A DNA stretch of 64,000 nucleotides from Eledone cirrhosa (lineage: Eukaryota). The first letter of the stretch is position 1; each line of letters begins with the position of its first letter. The notes under the pieces are model-generated. The model worked only from the letters and a program-made list of their open reading frames with translations. It was not told the origin of the DNA and ran no database searches. The stretch spans positions 145,886,001 through 145,950,000 of the forward strand of contig OZ024741.1 of assembly GCA_964016885.1 (NCBI GenBank), written 5' to 3'. Position numbers and translations under genes: made by a program. Positions 25,651-36,850 of this stretch are shown in pieces.

Positions 25651-26210
25651 AATCTAATTGAGTTCTTAACACGCAGGGTTAAAATTGTTGAAAAAATTAA
25701 TTGACCCACGTGTAAATTATTTTACTTTCTTGTGTTTCGCGATTGCCTCCCTTTTCCGCTTCATGACGCTGTGAAATTCCTCATTCTGAGACTGCTGGAA
25801 TTTCAAATTTGGCGGTCATTATGATGCGTGGAGGGACAATTAGCTGACACGAAAACTGACAGGGGTAAAAAAATTTTTCTTATATCAATGTTTGACGGGC
25901 ATCCACTGATGATTTATAAGTGCCCACCTGCATATGTTCTTACAGAAAAATATGCAGGCTTCTACATAAACCGGACACATTCTCCCAACTTGTAGAAAAC
26001 TTATAATGAAACAATTGTTTGGAAAGAGAGATATATTTTTATTTTAATTATATCTCATATAAAATAATACAACTGGCTTTCCACAAAATACATATAGTTA
26101 GCACCCCAAACATAAAATTGGGATTATACTAAGGTATATCCTAATGTTTGTTGAGTGAGATGGTAGCCAGTCAGAGTATAGCTTAAGGCTTTCTCTGTTA
26201 TTGTATTGTA
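25651..26210 (+). mobile_element. Non-coding, highly structured HHR-bearing element (Penelope pLTR or retrozyme-like) in (TA)n
   Basis: Flanked by identical TATATATTTATATATATTTA (25631-25650, 26211-26230). Several long hairpins, a central hammerhead, and no long ORF. Confidence 0.7.
25897..26023 (+). ncRNA. Type I hammerhead ribozyme with a large multibranch stem II insertion
   Basis: TCCA(25902-05), CTGATGA(25906-12), stem II TTATAAGT/ACTTATAA, GAAA(26008-11), palindromic CAATTG, TT, TGGA(26020-23). Two hairpins lie inside stem II. Confidence 0.7.
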
Positions 26211-26243
26211 TATATATTTATATATATTTATATATATATATAC

Positions 26244-26312
<69 letters not shown>

Positions 26313-26313
<1 letters not shown>

Positions 26314-27530
26314 CGGATACATAAAGAACGAACTGACACGTAACCGGAACAAATGCACCGACGCTAGAGACCGAGACACACACACCACACATTTCCTGGA
26401 AGTACTCAAACTGAACGGATACACGACATCCACCACAAACCGTGCCAGAAAGAACAGAGGACACCACACCCGAGGCACTAACACTTGTTTCCTGAAGCTC
26501 CCACACTTCAGTGAAGAAACAACAACAGTCATCCGCAGAGCTATCAGACGAGAAGGACTAGATATCCAACTGGCCCACTCAGGTCCTTCTCTACGCGGTC
26601 AGCTAACCAAAAGACACCCCCACCAGACATGACAACTACTGCAGACTAGCCAACTGCCCCATCAACGACACAGACGTATGCCACCAGGCTTACGTCGTAT
26701 ACAGACTAGAGTGTGACAAATGCAACAACTTCTACGTAGGTAGCACCACCAGACCACTCCACATAAGAATAAAAGAACACCTCAATACTAACGCTTCCTC
26801 ATTTAAGAAACACCTAGTTAAATGCAAAAACACTGACAAAACCATAACAGTTAGGATAGAAACTAAGGAAAGAAACCTCGGCAATCTTTGAATTAAGGAA
26901 GCACTAATTATAGACAAAACACAACCACCAATTAATAATAGACTAGAACTCAACACCCAATTTCTAACTTGATAGAGCTCCTAGCCCCATATTTACACAC
27001 ACCCCACACGCACACATGCACGCACCCACACACACACACGCACACGATTACACCTCCACTTATCCTCTCTCACACATACACACACTAAACCTGTTCTAAC
27101 ACGAGATAACATCTATCCCCCACATTTACGTATAGACATATCTTCTCACACTCACACACACACTCACGTACTTACACCTTCATGCATTCTCCCACACACT
27201 TAAACAGGCATGTACAAAAAAACAACAAAAAAACATAAACAAACCCCCCTTAAAGGGAAACTACTCTTTATCCACCTAATCTTAACTCTTTGAAATTAGA
27301 GATAGAACAGATACTCTATACCATTTCCTGTCAGCATGACTTGGCAAGCTTTTTAGAACACTGGTTTGACAACTTTATTCCCTCTGAAGAAGAGATATTA
27401 TCTCGAAAATTTAGGACATTTAAATAAATCTAAGGTAAAAGACAAATTGTCAACAATATCTTTTGCATTTGCATTCTTTATTCTATGTCCATACCTGCAT
27501 TGTTTTGGCTTTATTATACATATACAAACG
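26313..27530 (+). mobile_element. Penelope-like element, 5'-truncated: RT thumb, Cys linker, C-terminal GIY-YIG endonuclease, 3'UTR
   Basis: Frame 1 reads LKLNGY...FLKLPHFSEE. After a frameshift near 26625: CRLANCPINDTDVC..AYVVYRLECDKCNNFYVGSTTRPLHIRIKEH...NL*IKEALII...PPINNRLE, stop at 26970-72. In-frame TGA at 26889. Confidence 0.9.
27381..27428 (+). ncRNA. Minimal hammerhead motif plus poly(A) signal in the Penelope terminal repeat
   Basis: CCT-CTGAAGA-A-GAGAT(ATT)ATCTC-GAAA-ATTT-AGG, then AATAAA at 27423-27428. Stem III is very short (palindromic AAATTT). Confidence 0.6.
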
Positions 27531-27575
27531 TATATATATATATATATATTTATATATATTTATATATATATATAC

Positions 27576-27659
<84 letters not shown>

Positions 27660-27663
<4 letters not shown>

Positions 27664-27899
27664 TGCATCTATACAGATGGTAATGTGAATGTGGACAGAA
27701 AAAGAGGAAAGGAAAAACTAAGAGAGAAATAGTTAAAAGTGAGGGAGAAAGAAATGAAGTTCAGGGAGTTGATGAGGGGGAATGCTGACGATGAAGAAAA
27801 AATTGAGAAGCTTATCATGGAGCCTGCAAAGCTAAACCTTACTTCAGCAGGGACTATGGCCTTAAAATGCTTCTTGTTGTACACATGCACATGCATCCA

Positions 27900-27905
<6 letters not shown>
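27660..27905. repeat. Inner arm B of the inverted duplication (partner ~28215-28468)
   Basis: Near-identical reverse complements. The ORF track shows the same peptide MREKEMKFRELM... on + (27739) and on - (28380). Confidence 0.95.
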
Positions 27906-27958
<53 letters not shown>

Positions 27959-28214
27959 ATTATTGTTACTATATATATATATATATATATATTATTATTA
28001 TTATCACTATATATATATATATATATCCCGCTCAGACCCATGCTAGCGGTGAAAATGGACGTTAAACGATGATGATGATGATGATGATGATATATATATG
28101 TATAGTAATAATAATAATAAATCTGAAGACTAAAATCCAAAGAGGGCTCAATAAGCATCGATTCTTTGCTTAAACTTTAATCTGTTATTTTAATACATAC
28201 ATATATATATATAT

Positions 28215-28464
28215 ATGCATGGATGCATGTGCATGTGTACAACAAGAAGCATTTTAAGGCCATAGTCATTGCTGAAGCAAGGTTTAGCTTTGCAGGCTCC
28301 ATGATAAGCTTCTCGATTTTTTCTTCATCGTCAGCATTCCCCCTCATCAACTCCCTGAACTTCATTTCTTTCTCCCTCACTTTTAGCTATTTCTCTCTTA
28401 GTTTTTCCTTTCCGCTTTTTCTGTCCACATTCACATTACCATCATGCATTTGTGTATAAATGCA

Positions 28465-28502
<38 letters not shown>

Positions 28503-28512
28503 GTATATATAA

Positions 28513-28558
<46 letters not shown>

Positions 28559-28684
28559 TAAGGGCATCTGATCATAGAAGACCTGCCACAGAAATGGTTG
28601 AGATGACTGTTTAGCTGTGACAAAAACAAAACAAACTCACTAGTTCTGGTGCCACAATAAAATGCACTTGGTTAAGTGTAGGAT
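28215..28684. repeat. Right arm of the inverted duplication: B'-(TA)n-A', uninterrupted
   Basis: Reverse complements of 27660-27905 and 25075-25205 joined by a ~90-bp (TA)n with TACG/TTTA interruptions. Confidence 0.95.
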
Positions 28685-31600
28685 ATATATACACATATCA
28701 TCATCATTCTTATCATCATTCAACATTCAATTTTTCATGCTGACATGGGATGAATAGGTCATTATACACCAATTCAGTACTTAATCAGCGTTATTGCGCC
28801 ACAACACAGGGCAGGGAATCATGTCTGGCTTAGTAGATTCTATTTCATCTCCGTCACATAGTTCTAGCTCTAAATTCATTACAAAACTTTTTGAACGCAT
28901 CTGATGGATTTGATTCATGTTTGGGTGAATTAAAATGTGTTTTGTAGCACACAGGCATGTTGATATCTATACCTTTCTATCTAATTATCTCTTTAAATCT
29001 GGGTCTGTATTTGTATGTAAGTATACATCTATCTTCATGCACACACATATGTATACATACATAAGCAAATAAGAAGAAATGACAAGAAAGTGTAATTTAT
29101 TTTGAAATCATTTCTTTCAAAACGCTGCAAAACATTTCCCATGTCACATAATCTAAGAAAGAAAGGTTTTATTTTTATTTTCTTCAGAAGATTTTGAATG
29201 TTTATGGTCTAAAATAAATGAAAAAATAATCCTATTTATTTATATTTCAAATTAGAATTTATCCTTGTGATAAATATAAATTTTTGCAGCCTTCAAATAT
29301 TTTCTTTTCTAAAAACAATTAATAAAAAAAAGCATAACATTTCAAAATGAAACGAAATGTTTTTTTAAATCCTCACACAACCCTTACATTTAATATAAAT
29401 GTATAAATGATTGAATGATATGTTATCATCATGTTTGCATTCCCTGTTGGATATTTCCAAGCAAATTTTCTGTCTTTTACTTATGGTTTTGTTGAGTAAA
29501 GTATATAAGAGAATTAATATATATGAAAATTTTTCTTCATAATCGTGTATTCAAATTTAATATCATCCTTGAAATAGAATCCATGTTTCATGTGACAAAT
29601 AAATAAGTAAAGGAAAATATTTGTATTCAATTCCTTCATAGATCAATTAAATTCAATCCAGATTGTAAGCCTTATTCAAATTTTAATTATAAATGGTTCA
29701 TGCTTATAGTTTTTCTTTCAGTAAAACATTAAAAGGTAAAAATTAAACTGTTCTTTCTCAATAATATGTGGAATTTGTTCAGGAGAAAGTAAACTATTAA
29801 ATGTGAGCAGAAAAAAAAGAGAAGTAATGGTCTATGGCTTTATTCTCTTTAAACACTGAATGAATTTCTTTGATATTAAAGGGTTGATCCTGGGTTAAAC
29901 ATTGCTGCTATAGCTCCTATTATCAATGTTTCCATATGCAGACCTTGAAGGGTTTCCATAAGTTTTGTGAGAACAAAGATCTACATCTAGAGTTTCTGAG
30001 CAAGGTTTTTATGTAGGTCAGACAGTTGGCTATGCATGTAAACCTCTTTACTTCATATGATTGATGTTGTATAAGGGAAAGTCAAATATTGATACAGCTT
30101 AACACCAGTGGTATCATAGTCAAACTAAAAAATGTAACGTTTAAAGGAGACAGCAGCTATTACGTATGATGCTCTAATAATTTCAGCAATCCACCACCTG
30201 AGTCAAATATTTATCACTCCAAAAGGATGAAGGAGAAAGTTGATCTCAGCAGGATTTGAAATCAGAGCACAGAGAACCAGAACAAATAATGTAAACCATT
30301 TAATTTGATGCTCCAATTAGTCTAAAGCCAATTTAATAACTTATACAAACATCTTAGTATATTATATTTCTTGTTTGAAGAATAAGTCCTCCTTCAAGTT
30401 TTAGTACATGGTTACCTTTTGAATTAGCTATACTGAAGAATAGGTGACACTATCCACAGATAATGCAGGTGATGCAGATGATGTTTAACTTAAACTCCTA
30501 CCTGTCAATGTGGGCAGAAAGCAAGTTCTAATTCTGAGAGCAATAGGATTGGAAATGTTATTTAGTATAGGATATATGGGGCTGGGACACAATAAAAATT
30601 GGTCCTTAACCTTTTCATTACTATGTTTTTATTAAAAAAACATTGGTTATAATTTTCAATTAATTTTTAAAATAATCAAAGATTTGGAGGTATTAAGTAA
30701 AAATAACTAATTTTCCCACTATGAAACTGGAGCTTGTAATATATTTTATAGGTTCTTACATAAACTCATGGTGGCTGGTTTTTAAATAAACATAACATTT
30801 TTTAAATAAACAGATTTGTATTGTATAAACAAGGTTGGTTTCAGATGGTTTGGTATCATAATTTTTGCAGTATTTTTCTGGCTCTTTGTATTCAAATTCT
30901 ACATGGGTGATAATTCTAAACTGTCACCTGGTTTAATACATCCATCTAACCATGCAAGCTTTCAACAAAGTCCACTGTGTTGCAAGCATTAAGATCCAAG
31001 TCTCCCCACCCCTTTAATCTCAAAGAGGCATGCATAAAACCCTTTCCTACCTAATAAAAAAAGTATTAAAAAAAAACGATTTGAAGAAAATTCTCCCTAC
31101 CTACAAATACCACTAAAAAGCCTCTATCAGAAAAGATAAACAACCCAGAAGAAGATTTTCTACAGAAGAATAGTAACTCAGTTCATAACCTTAAGTATAT
31201 AATGCTGATAGCATCACAGAAAATGGAGGAATATCTCAACCATAATTCTTAAACATATTCATTTGGTATGTTCTTAGCAAGCTGTTTTCTCACACGTAAT
31301 TGATACATTATCTCCTAGATCATAAGGAATATATCTATATCAGATTGAACATCTAATAAAACCTCTGAAGATATTTCTAAAGCAATATTTCTCTTATCTA
31401 ATAAATAGTTCATAATATTTCATCTAAAAGTAAGATCATATAATTTACTAGAAGCACTGTCATTTTAGTATACATCTTGGAAGGTAATAAAAGCCAGTTA
31501 GCAGTGCAAGGTCGATAAATATCACTTAACAAAATATATTCAAAATAGGTGAACAAACTTTCAATACTAGAAACAATTCATACAATTTGGAAACTAATCT

Positions 31601-32954
31601 GAGGATTTCACACTGAAAATAACTGTTGATAGTTGAGCCAATGAATGAAGTTCTACACATTCATTCAATTGGCTCTAAATATCTGTCAAGACTCTTTCAG
31701 ACTAGACTATCTTAACTCTATCTTAACTCTAAACATCCTGTAATAATTTAGCAGAAGAGATCTAAAAACAGGTTTGTTAATTCAAATGTTTCTAGTAACT
31801 TTTCTAGAGGACAAGTAATGTGAAGCAGGTCATAGTGCAGCTTTGTATTTTTCAAGAATATTTTGCTTGTGTGGCTTCATGTGTTACAGGATATTAAAAG
31901 TTAAATAATTTAGAAAATAGTTTGGGATTTTTATCTGAAAATAACTTGATTGTGGAGTCAACGAAAGGGCATCTACCCAGTCAATTTGTTGTAAATAGTA
32001 AATACCCCTCAAACCACACTATATTGTCTTAAATAAAGAATGTTGTATTCAACAATATAGTTCCTGATATTCATGTATTGTCTAATGAAACTCTTTTGAT
32101 CACAGGTCTACAGGATGATAACATTGACCTTGGGGCTAAACAATAATTGATGAAACTAAGTTATTCAACAAAGAAGCTAAACAAAACTGATGAAGCTAAC
32201 TTATTTGCTAAATTATATAGGAAATCTATTTTAAATCAATCTTGCCAGATAGGGCAAAAAATATTTTTTTATCAATGGTAGCGAAAATAAATTTTATGCA
32301 CTACAAAATACTATAGGTCATGAGATGAATATAAATCCAAAGATTCCTGACTTTCTTTAACCCTTTTGTGATAGTATTTTTTATGAAATATACTCTATTA
32401 CAATTAATTTATTAATAATTTTGAGGGATTTACTAAACTTATTATTTCATTACTAAGATAGTAATTTAATACATGGTTTTTATATAAAATTATGTTGGAA
32501 AATTTTGATTTAATAGGTGCCCTTTAAAATAGGTGGTTTTGTTTCATAGAATCAGGGCCAGGTTTGGCTGGATTAGTATCAAAATGGTTAAGAAAATCCC
32601 TGGCTGCTTATTTCAACAGAAGACAGAAATTGTTCATTGGAAATACCAAAAAGCCTTATGTTATATTGTATCATCATCATCATCTTCGTTTATGTTTCCT
32701 GGATTTAGAATAAGCTGTGTCTCTATGTGTGGTAAGAGGTGACTTAAGGGGTTGGTGTCAGGATGAGAATCTGGCCATAAAACACTGCCGCAAAACAAAT
32801 TTCATCCAATCTATGCCAACATGGAAAAGCAGAGATCTTACATTGTTCTATTCAAGGTATGATATTTAATAAATCTTACATTGGTAGCAGAAGCAGACAG
32901 GGTCTTAAAACTAGCTCAGACATCTCTGTGACATTGATTAATACACTCTTGATT

Positions 32955-33315
32955 GCTGAGGGTCCGAAATGTGTTTCTACTGCTCCACTAAGGTGACACT
33001 GACTAACAGATAGTTGACCATTGAGGGTTCGATGCATGTTTCCACTGCTCAGCTAAGTTGACACTGACTATCAGATAGTTGACCACTGAGGGTAAGAGGA
33101 GGGTTTCCACTGCTCAGCTAAGTTGACACTGACTATCAGATAGTTGACCACTGAGGGTAAGAGGAGGGTTTCCACTGCTCAGCTAAGTTGACACTGACTA
33201 TCAGATAGTTGACCACTGAGGGTAAGAGGAGGGTTTCCACTGCTCAGCTAAGTTGACACTGACTATCAGATAGTTGACCACTGAGGGTAAGAGGAGGGTT
33301 TCCACTGCTCAGCTA
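32955..33315. repeat. 65-bp minisatellite, ~5.5 copies
   Basis: Unit ACACTGACTATCAGATAGTTGACCACTGAGGGTAAGAGGAGGGTTTCCACTGCTCAGCTAAGTTG starts at 33061, 33126, 33191 and 33256. Diverged units lie upstream. Confidence 0.95.
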
Positions 33316-33844
33316 TGGCATGTTCTATTTTTGTTTTAATTTTTATGCAGCAGCTATGATTTCAGTTTTACAGCTTTTTTATTTGATTTTTATCCAGCCC
33401 AGCAGACCATTGGGTTCTATTCAATGCCTAATTGGTCAGTTAGCCTCTGATTGGTAATATCACAAAATACCCATTCCATATACACATCAGAAAGTACATG
33501 AAAATTAGATTTCTCAACATATGTCAAAATAAGTGAATTGAAGTTTCTATAACAGGCATCAAAAGAAATGTAGGTAACTTGCATATTCACTTATTAGGTA
33601 TCTAAAATTACACATTAGAAATCTCCAAATCTTTCCAGATTTTCCATACCCTATTGCATGATATGAATAGCAATAACCCTGCACTGCATATACATATTCT
33701 TCCAACATCTATCTATGCACATGCCATACTAACCTTTAGTGTTGCAAATGTTATATGTTAAAGCCAAAATATTGAAAAGGTTTTCTTTTCTTAACCTTCC
33801 TAAGTGACTTGTATTACCTCTATATTATTATATCTAGTGACAGT

Positions 33845-34135
33845 GCATGCCTTAATGGTTATGGTGTTCAACTTAGAATCATAAAGTTTGCTTTCATGTG
33901 CTGCATTTTGTCGATGAGCAAGACACTATATTTCACGTTTCTCTAGTCCACTCAGTTGGGAAAAAATTAGTTGTACTTGGAACTCAAAGGGCCAGCCTTG
34001 TCACACACTGTGTCTTGCTTAATCTACCTGAGAACTGTGTTATGAGTACATGTGTTTGTGGCATGCTCAGTCACTCACATGTTAATTTCATAAGAAAGAT
34101 TTTCTGTTTTCCAAACAACTGGAACATTTGTGATC
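33845..34135 (+). mobile_element. Degraded tRNA-derived CORE-like SINE
   Basis: GAGCAAGACACTATATTTCACGTT..CTAGTCCACTCAG and GGCCAGCCTTGTCACAC; homologous to 59135-59442 (-). Confidence 0.65.
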
Positions 34136-36434
34136 ATAAATTGAGATCAAACTCACATACATTGTTATATTTCATGATGAATTTTAAAACCAGAATACAT
34201 TCTTTATAAGAATTTTTTTAAATGATTATAGATTAGATTCATAAAGAAAAATAATTCATACTGTAAATAAGATAGACACACATTAAAACTGATAGAAGTT
34301 GTTGCCATTTCTGATGGTGAAAGAAGATACAGCTGTTGAAACAATGTCATATGTAATAATTGTTTAAAGTAATACAAATGGGAAACAATTTCTGAACATT
34401 AACATTCACTTGGAACCATAATAAAGAATTTAACAAAAAATAAAAAAAATAGTGAAATATAAAAAAAGAAAATGCATAGATAGAAATAAAAACCGCTACT
34501 ATCTGAATTAATTAACATTTAATTGTAACTGTTTATTGCTTGGTGTAAGATAATGAGATCCTAGTGATTAAGTCGTGTTGAGGGAATATTGCTCTTAAGA
34601 GATACAGAATTGCATTCAGTGGTAATGTTGCAATGATTCAGACAAACGAAATAAAATATGAAGAAGAAATATTCCAATAAATATGCAAATACTAGAGTCA
34701 TTAATTTGTCATGGCCTATATTTAATGCTCAGAGGATAAAATAGGTGGTTCTATATATGCTAAAATGGAACTCCTAATGGTATTCCCTTCTTTGTTTTAA
34801 TGTTCCTTCATTAATTTCTTTTCCTACATTAGCATTTTAATGCTGACACTTCTTTCCTGACTCACTGCCAGATATTTGTGGGAAATGAATATAAACATTT
34901 TTCAAACACTAAATGTCCAAAGGGAATGGATCTAATTTAGATCCAACTTCTACCAGCAAACAAATAATAGCTTCTAGATAGATAACATTACAGAAACAAT
35001 TATAAGAAAAAAAATGCAGCAGTTCTAACATATTTTCTAAGAAAGAAATAATTAAAAAAATTGTTTTACGTCTATATTCCAAGCTGGCATGAGTTTGTCA
35101 GAACATTACAGTCCCATTTGACTGTTAGGGGAAACAATTCTTGTTCATATGTTATATATTTGGCTTTGATTTCTGCAGCTGGAAGCCCTTCCTAATAAAT
35201 CTTGATAGTAAAAGGTTAGCATACAGAAACTTAGTTTTTTGGTTTTTGCTTAAATTTTAACATCCTGTAACGATTTAGCAGAAAATATTAGAAAAAAATT
35301 GTTTGTTAATTAAAATGTTTATAGTAGTATGGTGGTGAAGGTTTGGAGAAAATACTTTAATTTTTACTATGATCATCATAGTGCTGTTTTGCTTATGAAG
35401 TTTCATGCAGTAAAGGATGTAGAACAAACATCTGACTTTATATAAAATAGAGACATGAAGTGTTATGTCCAATGATGTTTTGAGGCAATGTTTTACAGTT
35501 GATGTTCTTCATAACACCAACCCTTTCAAATGTTCATACAACACACAAGGATTCAATATACCTGTTTTAAACCAGATTCATATAGAAAATGATTGTGATA
35601 AGTGAGTAACCCAGATAAGAAAGTATAACAATGTATAACAAACCTTACAATATATAAAACAGTGATCTGATGCATTACTGTATATCCTAAATCTTATGGT
35701 AGTATGCTCTACAGTAAAAGTCAGAATGAATACAAAGAGAAACAGCTTGGAAATATTCGGTTTGATTGTCTACCTCTCTTCTGTGAACCTACTGAAGCAG
35801 AGATGACTGACTACAAGTTAATAAATAAAATTTGATTGTATAGAAACATAGACATATATTTATATTTATCTATATTGACAAGTATTGTCAATAATTTCAT
35901 AATCAAATCTAAAATGAATGACACCTGATGATGTCTCAAGTCAATAAACTACTCTGTTTCCTACAATAACATGTCTGAGAGAGGAACAAAAGAGAAACAC
36001 AATTAGTAATGAAATTCAAGTATAACAGAAATACTGCAGCATATTAGAATAAAATGGTTTAGAATAAAAAAAGTAGTTAACATATAAGCCTGAAAGGAAA
36101 AACAATTGCATCGACATTAACATTTATCATGTTATCTAAAGAATATTGTTTTGATAATGGTTAAATATGGTGTGAAAATTAACATCGTTTAGAATATATA
36201 TATATATATATATACAATGCTTATCAATAAAGCAAATGAAGAAATATTTACAGACAAGCTAAAAAATAATTGACATAGTAGAGATAAAACAAGGAAATAA
36301 ACAGTTATGTGAATTATAACATTCAGTATACTATGTATTTCAATGTCTCTGTACACATGCCTTAGTATTTGTATTAGGAAAAATGGTGCTAAATAAAACC
36401 ATTCAATGGGGGAGTCAGACCCAACCAAGAGTGT

Positions 36435-36850
36435 ATACTGACATCTGTTCATTATTTTCAAGTATCTTGAGGCCATGTTCACAAGTGGTGGAAGGCAGGA
36501 GGCTGAATCAAGTGCAAGAATTGTGGGAGCTGGTGCAGTAATGCTAAACTCGTTATCTTCAATTCAGTATTCATGCCAACCCTTACCTATGGTCGTGAAT
36601 CTTGAGTAATGACTGAAAGAATACGATTGCAAATACAAGCGTCTGAAATGGGGTTCTTCCAAACTCAGAGATCAGAGAGGCACTCCAAGTAGAGCTGCTA
36701 CTTTTCCAAATCGAGAGATCGCAGCATGTGGTTAGAATGTCTCAGGAAACAATCACTGAACAGATTTTGCAGGCAAAACCAACCAGAATTATATTGTGTA
36801 TGATGGGTAACTTAAGGAAATATAAGTCAAAATGAAGAGTGGCTGTGTTC
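36435..36850 (+). mobile_element. Degraded RTE-clade LINE 3' fragment
   Basis: TTCAAGTATCTTG..GCCATGTTCACAAGTG (FKYL) and TCTTCAATTCAGTATTCATGCCAAC.CTTACCTATGGTC; homologous to 52070-52520 (-). Confidence 0.7.

Noticed and set aside
25760-25860. SECIS element within the structured non-coding element
   Set aside because: AUGA-to-AA spacing and the pairing needed for the GA quartet do not fit.
26889-26891. In-frame TGA in the Penelope endonuclease as selenocysteine
   Set aside because: It falls where Arg is expected (L-R-I-K-E-A), consistent with CGA>TGA decay. No convincing SECIS was seen, and the element is also frameshifted.
27739-27905. MREKEMKFRELMRGNADDEEKIEKLIMEPAK peptide present twice
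   Set aside because: Explained by the inverted duplication. It has a GTG start, runs into (TA)n and has no recognisable domain.
32955-33315. CRISPR array or hammerhead interpretation of the 65-bp repeat
   Set aside because: Most units are identical, the variable part is only 9 nt, there are no cas genes, the context is eukaryotic, and there is no CUGANGA core.
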